64,000 nt of DNA from Camelus ferus (taxonomy: Eukaryota). Location of the stretch: NCBI RefSeq assembly GCF_009834535.1, contig NC_045697.1:59212001-59276000 (forward strand), written 5' to 3'. A program made the translations under genes and the position numbers. This document shows, piece after piece, positions 52,937 to 64,000 of this stretch (its first letter is position 1; each line of letters begins with the position of its first letter). Below the pieces are notes generated by a model. That model made no database searches. It was not told the origin of the DNA and worked only from the letters and a program-made list of their open reading frames with translations.

Positions 52937-53465
52937 ATATTAGTTTGTTAATAAAATAATAAAACTGCCATAACAAATACCTCACATTTAGTGGCTTAAA
53001 ACAATACAAATATATTATCTTACAGCCCCATAGTTCAGAAGTCTGACGTGGGTCTCTGGTTACTAAGGGATTGGCAAGGCTGTGGTCCTTTCTGGAGGTT
53101 CCAGGGGAGAATCTGTTTCATTGCCTTTTTCAGCTTCTAGAGGCCCCCCACATTCCTTGTCTCATGTCTCCCTGTCAACACTTTTAAAGCCAGAATTAAT
53201 GGGCAAAGTCCTTTTTGCATCTCAGCTCTCTGACCTCTTTTCATAGTCTCATCTCCCTCTCTTAGTCATAGTGAGGAAAGGTTCTCAGCATTTAAGGACT
53301 CATGTAATCTTATGGGGCCACTCGGATATCCTGGATGATCATCCATCTCCAGGTCCTTGATCTTAGTCACCTCTGCAAAGTCTCTTTTGCCATGTAAGGT
53401 AACATTTCATATATTTCAGGGATGAAAATGGGAACATATAGTGGGAACAATATTCTGCCTACAGC
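52937..53465 (-). mobile_element. ERVL-MaLR solo LTR (MLT1D-like)
   Basis: ctgccataacaaatacc...ttctggaggttccaggggagaatctgtttcattgccttttt...cacctctgcaaagtctcttttgccatgtaaggtaaca...tattctgcctac. Confidence 0.85.
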
Positions 53466-54529
53466 ATATATGAAAGCTGAAATACCAGAGAATGAGTGTG
53501 TCATATATTCAATATTATTGATTAATTTAAGGACTTTAGCATTTAGTTAAGTAATACTTTAAAACCTTAAATATGAAAAAAAATGACTGTTACTCTGTCA
53601 ATAATGATAACTTAACAGCAAACCTATTATAATCCGTTTTCCCAGCTATCAGGGGAATGCTGCACTTTCCACTGTAGCAAATGTGTTGTATGTGATGCAC
53701 TTTCACTGTAGAGAAACACCAAAACTTTTTGGGGGGTTTCCTTGTTTATGGAGCTGGCACTGAGATGTACTCCACGCAGTGAATTCAAACTTTGTGCACT
53801 GTTTCCCATTGTGATACTTCTATGAATAGCGATTAGATGCTGAAATACTATTAATATTACACTTCTACCAAGTTCTAGGTAAATACACTTACATGGGCTA
53901 GCTTGCCTAGAGGCATAATATTACTTTATTCCCGGAGAAAATGTGCCGTTTCTCCATAACTGTGTTATAAATAAGCACAAGCTCCTTGTCAGTTAACAAC
54001 AGCCTGAATTTATAATCCCTGTTTTTGCATATAAAGTTATACATGCACAATAGAGGAGGCAGTGTAGGATATTGGGAATAGCCCTTGATTGGGAGACATA
54101 TGTCCCAAATTCAAGCTCTACTACTGAGTAGCTGCAGGAGGAAATTGGACCAGATGATCCCCAGGCTCTTCTATTTGGGGCATTCTGTGCTTCTATTTCA
54201 CTTACTTACTAGCAGAAATCAGAGGCAGCTATTAACTCTACCCTGTGGTGAAAGTCTTAGGCTACATGAAGAGCTACTGTTGCAGACTGGTCAGCCTTCG
54301 CGGCGACTGTTAGGCTGCAGTTCCTCAGTAGATCACCTGTCTTCTATCTCTTACACTTAAACATCTCCACCATGATCTCTGAGCATCAGGACTTTCAAGC
54401 ACATCTTAGTCTGAAACATATTTTTTTCTTTAACTGGAACTTAGACTCTTGATAGCTTTGGAAAACATGGGCATTAAGAGTTGAATAATTAAGGGTCATT
54501 GAAGGAATTGAACTATCATGTCATTTTAC

Positions 54530-56180
54530 AGATAGTTTTTGAACATCTGTGTGCCAGGCATTATTTTAGATAGACAGTATGGTAGACACAACTTCTGCCC
54601 TAGTGGACTATACATACTAGTGGAGTGGGAAATTAAAAAAAAACCCATAAAAGTAAGTAAAACTTATAGTATATAAGAAGACAGTGAGTTCTAGGAGATG
54701 ACAACAAAAAATCAGCAGGATGAGGGAAATAGGATTTGGGGTGAAATCACAACTTAAAATAGAGGATCAGATCAGGCTTCATAGGAATGGTGAATTCTGA
54801 GCAAAGACTTGAAAAACATGAAGGAAGTAGCATATGGATATCTGCAGGGAAATTGTTCCAGGCAGAGGGCATAGCCATTGCAAGGGCCTAAGATGGTGAT
54901 CTCTAGAAAGAACTTGGAGGCTGGTGTGTCTGAAGTAGAGTGAGGAAATTGGATAATAAAAGGAGACATGGTCTTAGCGTTGTCTTGGCCATATTGTGTA
55001 GAGGTTGTTCTCCATTGTTAAGAGTTTGGATATACCCCAAATGAAATGGTGACTTATTCAATTTTCCTGAACAGAGGAAAGGCCAGATTTGATTTTCTTG
55101 TTATTATGCTTACTCTGGCTGCTGTGCTGAGAATAGACTGAGGCAAAGGAGAAACAGAGAGAGCTATTAGGAAGCTTCTGCAGTAATCCATGTAGGAGAT
55201 GAAGGGGCTCAGTCCAGTATGATAACACTGGAGGTGGTGAAAAGTGGTCAGATTCTTGATATATTTTGAAGATAGAGCCAGTAGGATTTCCTGACTGATG
55301 TGCTGTTGTGTAATAGAAAAAGAAATCCAGGATGACTGTGAATTTTGTGGCTAAAGCAACCCAAACATTCAGATCAGAAAGATTGGAGTTCAGTTTTGAA
55401 AAAGTTAAGTTTAAGATGCCGACTAGGTAGTTAGAAATAGGAGTTAGAATTCAGACTTATTTCAGGTCTGGAGATATATATTTTGGAATAATTGGCAAAC
55501 AGTGGATACTTAAAGCCACAAGACTTGATGTAGATCACCAAAAGGAGAGAGAAAGAAGATCAAGGACTGAATCCTGGAGCATGCCAATGTCAAGAGGGTG
55601 GGCACATAAGGAAAGGTTAATAAGAAGACCAGAAGGAGCAATCAGTGGTACCAAAGAAAAATCTAAACAGTGTGATATTCTGGAAAATGGGAAAAAAAGA
55701 TAGTATATCAAGAAAGGAGCTAACAATTTTTTTCAAATTTATTTGATACAATAACTAACAAAAGGACTTAGAACAGACCAGTGGGTGAGCAATGTAGAGG
55801 TGTAGTGGCCAGTGTAACCTTGTCTTACCCCTGTGACCTCAGTAAGAGTCATTTCAGTGGAAGGGGTAAGTGGTTTATGAGAGAATCAGATAACCAGAAT
55901 TAGAGACCATGAATATCACAACACTTCCAGGGAATTTTGATGCCAAGGAGAATACCAAAATAGTGGTTGAAATTGGGTGAAGATAATGTTTTTTTTGAAG
56001 GGGAAAAATAATAGCATGTTTGTGTGTGGATAGGAAGGATATAATTGAAAGAAAAACTTGATAATTTTGGAAAGAGAGGTGAGAATTGCTAAAATGGTGT
56101 GTTCCAGCAGGTGAGAGGAAAATGAGCTGGTGCACAAGTGGAAGGTTGACTTAATTTAGGGGCCCAGAGAGTGGATCTGG
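54530..56180 (-). mobile_element. L2 fragment
   Basis: tgaacatctgtgtgccaggcatt...ccaggcagagggcatagccattgcaagggcc...tctggctgctgtgctgagaatagac...gagttcagttttg...aggactgaatcctgg. Confidence 0.8.
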
Positions 56181-56182
56181 AG

Positions 56183-56686
56183 CCGTGCTGTGCAGTAGAA
56201 AGAGAATATGAGCCATCCATGTAATTTACTTTTTTCTAGGTATCACATTTAAATTAACAGATGAATTAATTTTATAATATATTTGTCCGGTATACTCAAA
56301 ATAGTATTTCAACATGTAATAACATGAATATTAATGAGCAATTTTACAATCTTTATTTTGTGCCTGATCTTCAAATCCTGTACTAGATCTTCAAAGTCTT
56401 TTATGTCTACAGAACATCTTAATTTGGTCATGAAATTTTCATCAGAAATACTTAATTGGTATTTAGATTTCTGGAAAAAGAACTGTTCAGAAAGTGGATT
56501 TATATACACAGGTATTCCAAACATGTTTAGTATTTGCCAGTGGCTGAACTGAGTATTCAGCTTTAAATTTAAATTTGTAGTAAGTTAAATTAAATAAGAT
56601 CACCCATTTGGTTTCTCTGTCATACTAGCCATATTCAAGTGTTCAGTGGTCACACATTGCTAGTGGCTGTAATATTAGACAGACAG
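56183..56686. mobile_element. hAT-Charlie non-autonomous element (MER33/MER3 family)
   Basis: gtgctgtgcagtagaa...catactagccatattcaagtgttcagtggtcacacattgctagtggct...agacag, with a degenerate 8-bp TSD atctggag / ctctggac. Confidence 0.75.
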
Positions 56687-57334
56687 CTCTGGACTCTCAG
56701 GCAGGATAGCAGAGGATGTTGAAACAGATGCTGGTAGGTAGGTAGATGTGGTGGGGCAGGTGTTGGGAATTCTCTTTTGAACATACTGGTTTTCTGGTTA
56801 AGTGCCAAGCAGCATCACGGGCTTAGAATAACTGTATTAGTCTGACCACATCAGGAAATGGAGTCAAACTCAGTTGGTTCAAGAGTCTTACTAATTGTCT
56901 GGAAGGGCTAATCACAAAGAGACTAAGACCAGCAGAAAGCTGTCTGACTGCTGGGCCTAAAGGAGAAAGGGAAGAAAGCAGTGGTAAGAGGAGGAGCTGC
57001 CCTTCTGAAGCTGTAGATTTGGGAGGAGGCAGCGGCTGGCAGAACACAGACCACAGCAGGCAGGGAGAACAGGCTTCTTTCTTTTGCCCTTTGGTATCCT
57101 ACCCCAAACTCCCACTTTAAACTCTGGGAAGCCAGGCAGCAGGCTCCCTAGACGATGCATTTAGATGGGTTAATTCCTGGAGGCCAGAGGAGCAGAGAAG
57201 GGTAGAGCACCAGAGGTGGGAGCAAATGGAGACAGAAGCAGTTTTGGGGAGGAGATACAGGTTTCAGGAGAAAGAAGTTGTGAAATAGTCATCTAGGATA
57301 ATGAGAGAGTGAATGAACTAGAACTTTTCTCCTC

Positions 57335-58760
57335 TCCTTTCAACAAATACATATTAAGCACCCACTGCATGCAGTATGCCCCTGGACTTGTTTTAAGCCC
57401 TGGGACTAGAGTGTCGAAGAAGACAAGTCTCGTCTACTAGTGTGGGACGTAGCAATAAACAAGTGAACAAACAAAAGGCAAACTCAGTGATAAATTCCAC
57501 TTAGACAACTATAGTATTGGGAATAGGACTGAGGCCATACTGAGGCTGTGCCAGGATGGTCAAGAAGGACTTCTTCTGGGAAGTTGTATTTGAACTTGTC
57601 TCCAAATGATGTAAAGGAGTCAGCCATGCAAAGATCTGGGGAAGAATACTTTTGACACATTAAGTGCAAAAGCCCTGAGACAGGAAAACTTTGATGTCTT
57701 GGTGAGAAAAATATCAGAACAGTGTGGCTGAATGGTAGAGAAGCAAGATGGGATTGGAGAGGTGAGATGGGATGTGAAGATCGTTTTCTTGTTGCTCTTG
57801 TCAGTGTAAAGGCTGGAGAGATTTTCTCAGAAAAGTAATATGATCTGATATGCCTTTCAGAAAGATTATTCCAGCAGCTGTATGGAGGGTGGACCGAACA
57901 ACACAAAACTGAAAGCAAAAAGACCAGAGAAGCAGGCTGTTGCAGAAGTCCAGAGGAGAGTGATTTGGATGAGGGTGGTAGCAGCTGAGATGCTCAGATG
58001 CTGTTAGATGTGAACTCTATTTTGGAGTAGAGTTTATAGAACTTTCTGACTTTGCTTCCTTCCCTCCTTCCCTCTCTACTTTCTTCCTTCCTTCCTTCTA
58101 CAAATGCTCAATGGAAGGGCACTAGTACTAAGGATTCTAAGATGATTCTGGTACATTTCCTGACCTGAAAACAATCCAGTGGAGGGAACGGGGTGAAAGT
58201 GCAGGAGCAGACATGTACATGAGGATGTATACCTTATGCTAAATGTACTACGATGGATACACCAGAAATAGGAGAGTGGTAATTCTACTGGGGCAGACGT
58301 CCAGGAGGGAGAAACTCTTTATAGAAAAGGTAATGCTTGAGCTGAATTCTGAAAGATGAGTAGGTGTTTGTTTGCTAGGCAAACAAAGATGGAAAGAGTG
58401 CTCCTGGCAGAAGAAGCAGTGAATGCAAAGGCCAGGCAGCATGAAATATCCTGGCGTTTTTAAGTACTGCAAGTCATGCAGTTTTGTATGGTTTGAAGTT
58501 AGACGAGTGGGTGGATGGTGGGTAGAAGGAAATGAGAAGCTAGATGAGAAATGTAGCTGAAAAGGTAGGCTGGGGCTTGGGCACTGAATGTCTTCTGTGC
58601 TCTGATAAGCAGTTGGGCTTTGTCTCTTAGGCAAATAAGAATCTTGAAAGAGATAAATAAGGAAGCTTTTGATCAGGTTTGATTTTTTAGAAATGGCATA
58701 ATGTTAGCAACATGGAGAATGGATTAGGAAGAGGGCAAGACAAGAGATAAGTCAGAGAAT
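57335..58760 (-). mobile_element. Two L2 fragments separated by a (CCTT)n tract
   Basis: caacaaatacatattaagcacccactg...agtcagccatgcaaagatctgggg, and gcttgagctgaattctgaaagatgagtagg...tgcaaaggccagg. Confidence 0.75.
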
Positions 58761-61700
58761 TAAAAAAAAAGATTTGTATCAAAAATTATTATTAATATTT
58801 AATAATTGATTACAATTCACAAATAATTCACTTAGGATTGTTTTCCTCTGTTACACTTAAAAATGCCAATTAAAATCAAAGAAACTTATTTTTATATCCA
58901 TGTGTGATATTGTATAGAAAATGTCCAATTTCTCTCATAACTTTTAGAAAATTTGTGCAGCTGCATGTTGGGACTCGGCAGCCAGATGTTCTCTAAGGTC
59001 CCCTTTGACATTCTGTGAGCTTATGACTAGAACTAACAGAAAGCTCTTTCTCTCTTCACTGATGAGTCCAGTTAAGATAGAATCTATGTTGATATTATCA
59101 ACTACAACCTTAAGTTAGTTAGTGAGTGAGTCAATTGTGCTTAGAAGTTGCAGCAACCTAACTCCACTCTCGGTTGGCAGGGTTTGAGTGTGAGCCATAT
59201 GAACACCACGTTGAGATATGTGTATTGTCATGTCTGAAAATGAGAAAGAAAATTGACTCAGAGTCTGTGTGTCATTGGAAGGCCAGCAGCATAATACTGT
59301 TAACTGCAACTACTCCCTTACATTTTTATAGAATTTTCTAGTTTCCAAGTTATCTTTAAAAATATCCACAAACCCAATAGTATGCAAAATGTCCACAAGG
59401 CGGTCAATTTCTGTCATCATCTCTGTTTCTGTAACACCAGATTCTTTACACTTTGGTGATTATCAAGTGACAGGACAAGATCAATGAAAACAAAAGCATG
59501 GTCCTAGAAGATAGCCAATTTTTAATGCTTACAATTCTCATATGCTGGATGAGGCATATGTGAAAAATGGAATATAGCAGAATATCTGAGTACCTGCTTT
59601 AAGTTCCATTGGGACAACTGTGGTAAAGGCATGAGAAAAGGCTGATGGAATTCTGAGTTGCACAATCCTAAACCACAAGGCATAGCTCTAGATAGCTCAG
59701 AAGCAAGTGTAACTGGAAAATCAGGCAAGGGGTGTCAGGTTTGGATCAGCTCTAATGACATAAGGGACCGACCTTGGGCCTAAAAGGCAGCTTCCCCAAG
59801 CACGGTTGAGACATTCACCAAAATTGGATCAATTTTAATGGTCCACAGGATGGAAAGTGCTGTTAGTTCAACATCATCACCTTCCATCTTTCCCCTACAC
59901 AAAGATTTTGGTTCTTCTTTAACACTCAGGAAAAATGCCATTGTTTCTGTGAACCCCAATCTAACAAGAAGGAATAATTTCTCATTTCTCATGATAGGCA
60001 TGTTAAATGAATAAAGCAGTATCACCTTGAAAAAGATAAAAACTCATATCTTCTCAGATATCTTTATATTCATAGACATACATGACACTTCAATCTGAAC
60101 ACACACTTAACAATTTGAAACATGTTACACTTTATCTCTTTCTGGTTTCAGTTTCCTCTTTAAAATTTCCCCTTTCTCCTAAGTACTGTCATCAGACAGT
60201 TATCATATTCAGATGCTTTAGTGAAGATTTTTATTTCCATTTGCATTCTCTGGTCAATTTTGAGATGGGTGTCTGCTTTGCTAGTGATTAGTATGGAAAG
60301 GAAGCAGCTGTGAGTAGGGAAGTGCTAGCAATGAGAATTTTTGATTTTTATTTTTTTGCTGTTGGTAGAAGTTGTCTAAATAAGAGGTGTCTATCATCAT
60401 AAATGTGAGAACATGTTATTTTTATCACTATGAGGACCGGATCCAGCCTCTAGGTACTCATCTGAACTCAAGAGAGAAGTCAGCTGTACCCAGAGTCCCT
60501 GAGAGTAGATTTCATGTATATGTTTCTGTGTTTTGCCCTTCAGTTGCTTCCATATTTAAAAACTCATCTCCTTGAGCATTTCTACCAACTTTTGCCACAA
60601 ATCTCAAGAATATAAACATACCATTGGCTTTGACATAATACCAAACTTCCCTTCAAAATGGAAACAGACTATTGGCATTTAGCACCTACAATTATAAGCA
60701 GCAGATGAGGTCTTTTCAGTCATTCTGAAAAACACAACCCTCTGTCACTAGTCTGCCATCCAGCCCTGAGAACGTCTGATGCTGGGTTGAAACACTTGCA
60801 CGTTCCAGAGATACATTTGAAGTATTTTTATGCTAGTAGCAACACACCATTAGCAACATGCACGATATTAAAATCCTTTCTTATTAATTATTTTAGTATA
60901 AAGTGACCAATTATGCAGAGTGGGAAATCCTAGTGCATGAATGCACAGGAAAGCACAGAGCTATGCCCCACGCACAACTCTGCTCTGCATACTCAGAGTT
61001 CAGATGGCATAGCAAATCACTCTCTTTCCAATCATTTAGGTCATCAGCACCCACTCGCTGGGAGTACATAGCCTTTTAATTTAGCAGTGCAGCTTCTCTA
61101 TCTAAAACAGCATGAGCCAAACAAAGTATGACTATAAGAAAAACACAATGTGCTGACTGCTATAGTCCCCTTGGCATGTTATGCTGAGCCATGATGTAAA
61201 AGGGAAAAAGGAGTATGACCACTAGATGCCACTGAGCAAGGATAGAGGTGGATTTTAAACGTGATATAATGATGATTCCAAACCTATTGAAGATGGACTG
61301 GATGGATGTATATTTTATAATCTCTGGTAGCTAATTCTAGGAAAAATTATGTTTTCTTTTAGAGTTAAATTACTTGCTGCCAATGGCACATTTTGTTCGT
61401 CTGTGTATAGCCACCTTTTGTTCTTAGCAGTGCTGTGCTCATCCTAGGCATTCGATAAGTGTTTTACTTGATTTGAAAATGTTGTCTAAAAATTAGTTCT
61501 CTAGTTAATTATATCTTCTATTTTTAGTAATTACTGAGAGCGAGAACAGTCTTTTGTGTTATCTATAAGTCTTATCAAAGTGCTTTATACATAGTAGTCT
61601 CTTGACAAATATTTTTGAATTGAATTTTATTGTATGACTATTAAAAGAGTTTTTTGTTTCCAGTAGGATTAGTTTAACAAGTGGCTTTAATATGCGTCTA

Positions 61701-61779
61701 GAACTTTTTTTAATGTGTATCTTTCACTGCTTAACTGGAATTTGATTCCTCTCTATCCCTCCCCTACCCCAATTGCAAT

Positions 61780-62550
61780 ATAAAACAAGTTCTGTTTGGT
61801 CTACCACCAAAATATAGTCTGAATTAAAAATTTTTCTCCATCCCAATTACTATTTCTGTAGTCTGAGCCACTTGGACACTCTCCTTGAGAACCGCAAGCC
61901 TCACCATCAGCCCCTGTCCCACACACCTGTCCCCCTGCCCTCTATCCCTGACACTGTAGCTGGAAGCATCTTAAAACAAATAAACAAACAAAAAAACAGG
62001 TAATTTCACTCTCCAGCTTAATAGTATCCACTAACTTCCTCTTGGACTCAGAATCAGATCTGAGTTCTTTCCCAAGGCATAAAAGGACCACATCATTTGG
62101 CTCTTTCTTGTTTCTCCCCTGTTGCCTTCCTGCTCGCCTCCTCAGTCACTATCCTGCCGCCTCATCAGTCTTTGTTCTATTTTTCCAGTGATCTGTGCTT
62201 GTTCCTCCTACTTCAGGGCTTTGAAATTTGCTCTTCCTTGTGCCTGGAATGCTCCTCCTTCATATCTTTGTGTGGCTAGATCCTCGGCAAAATTCAGGTC
62301 TCAGCTCAAAGATCACTTCTTCAAATGGCCTTTGCTGCTTTCTTATCTGAAGTGTCATTGTGTCATCCATTCACCGTCCTGTCATCATGTTCTATTTTCT
62401 TTATAGCACTCATGCTCATCTGATGTTTATTATTTTGTTTGTTCATTGTCTTTCACCTTCAACTAGAATTTAAATTCCAAGAAAGCAAAGACCTTGTTGG
62501 TGTTGTTTAGAGTGGCATATAGAAACATTAAGAAAATTGTTGAATGATTT
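61780..62550 (+). mobile_element. L2 3' fragment
   Basis: tcttccttgtgcctggaatgctcc...tcaggtctcagctcaaagatcacttc...aaaattgttgaatga. Confidence 0.75.
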
Positions 62551-62764
62551 GCAGGGCATATTTGCAGGGCAGATTTAACTCTAGTAAGGAAATGTAATGA
62601 AAATATACTGTCTGTGATGATCTGCTTTAAGTAGAAACCCGTGTTAATGACTGGATTCAAAATGAGTGAGACCAACCACTTTTTGGTTTAATGTTTTAAA
62701 ATATTTTAGCAAATGACCTGAATTTCAAACCAGAGAATATATAAATACATATACACATGTGGAA

Positions 62765-62799
62765 ATATATGTTTATGGTTATGTATATATATGTGTGTA

Positions 62800-62830
<31 letters not shown>
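62765..62830. repeat. Compound (TA)/(TG) microsatellite
   Basis: Directly visible. Confidence 0.9.
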
Positions 62831-62831
<1 letters not shown>

Positions 62832-62915
62832 GTTTGCTCATGAAACCTTAATATAGAATTATTAGACAGTTGGTAGAGTACCTATAGAGTATAATCTGAG
62901 TTTAAAATTACTCTT

Positions 62916-63138
62916 TTTAAAAATTTATGTGTATATTTTTATTGAAAGATAGTCAGTTTACAATGCTGTGTCAATTTCTGGTATACAGCGTAACGCTTTA
63001 ACCATACATGAACATTCATATATTTGTTTTCATATTCTCTTCCATCATAAGTTACTATAAGATATTGAACATAGTTTCCTGTGCTATACAGTATGAACTT
63101 GTTGTCTATCTATTTTATACATATTAGTTAGTATCTGC
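62916..63138 (-). mobile_element. 5'-truncated L1 3' end
   Basis: ttttattgaaagatagtcagtttacaatgctgtgtcaatttctgg...gttagtatctgc, with TSD aaatta(c/t)tctt at 62905-62915 and 63139-63149. Confidence 0.85.
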
Positions 63139-64000
63139 AAATTATTCTTATTAACTTGAAGAACTTGTCAGAAACAAACAGATTGAAATTCAACAAGAAA
63201 AAGTGAAGATAAATAAGTTTTTGAATTAAATGAATTATTATTTTTACACATCTTATTATTATTTTACACGTCTAATTTACACGTCTAAAATATTTTATGC
63301 CGGATTTATGTATTATGGTAGATAGTTGCATGGATAATGTGGTTTTGGTTTAGATATTTTTATTAGAACAAGAAAATATAAAGCCTTCCTTACTGTATCT
63401 CCCCATCCTCATACATCTCTATACCATATGCCATCCTGTCTGAAATTGCACCACTGCAGAGTCATTGGGTTTAAGTCTTATTATTCCACGTTCTCCTTTG
63501 AAATGACTTTCTTCTTCCAAAGCAGTTTATTAGACCTCTGGGCTCCTGATCTCAAAATGTGAGGATGGTAGAAAGGGAGCCAGGGAGCCAATGGTATTGG
63601 CATGTAGGACAGTGCCAGGGTCGTGGGCCACATGTGGAAGTACTGGGTGCTGACTGCCTGGAGGCGGGGCATCGGTGGGGATCAGCAGGATGTGGAAAAG
63701 ATTGGTCAGCAGCTGCTGAAGCCAAATTCACTTGCCTTGAAATTGTGCCTTAGGCAGGCCCTGTCATCACACTGCTTTTGGTGCTAAGCCCAGATCTGTA
63801 GGGACTGATTAATGCTGAGTACCTTATGGTTCTTGCATTTTACGATCCTACTCATGTATCCCACTATCAGGTTCCCTTTCTTAACTGTAGTCCCATATTG
63901 GTGACCCATTGTCATCTTATCTACTGTGATTCCTGATCCTTTTCCTCCAGCTTGTGCAGCTGGTCCTATCCCACATTGTAATTGGACAACCTTTTTATCT

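Noticed and set aside
57484..58634. 144-aa and 128-aa minus-strand ORFs
   Set aside because: They coincide with degenerate L2 fragments.
63480..64000. GC-richer terminal segment as a promoter or exon
   Set aside because: It has few CpGs and no clear splice or promoter architecture. It is probably an old ERVL-type remnant, but I cannot classify it with confidence.

Overview
AT-rich mammalian nuclear DNA. It is most likely camelid, inferred from vic-1-like tRNA-derived SINEs and one recurring young L1 3' end. It reads like the interior of a large intron or a gene desert. No intact protein-coding gene is visible, and the supplied ORFs are chance or repeat-derived. Recognisable content: one full-length, disabled processed pseudogene of RPSA (49899-50879, +); many MaLR and ERV1 solo LTRs; L1, L2 and MIR fragments; hAT-Charlie MITEs; four SINE units; microsatellites; and an ancient MER135-like palindrome. 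The most interesting unexplained signal is a 9-nt minus-strand microexon candidate at 40634-40642, with an SRRM4-type upstream UGC and a dense downstream YGCY cluster. Weaker leads are a promoter-like or exon-like block at 31660-32052 and a TSD-bounded SINE dimer. I could not identify a host gene and found no convincing novel multi-gene system. Repeat subfamily names are recalled from consensus sequences, not taken from a database search.
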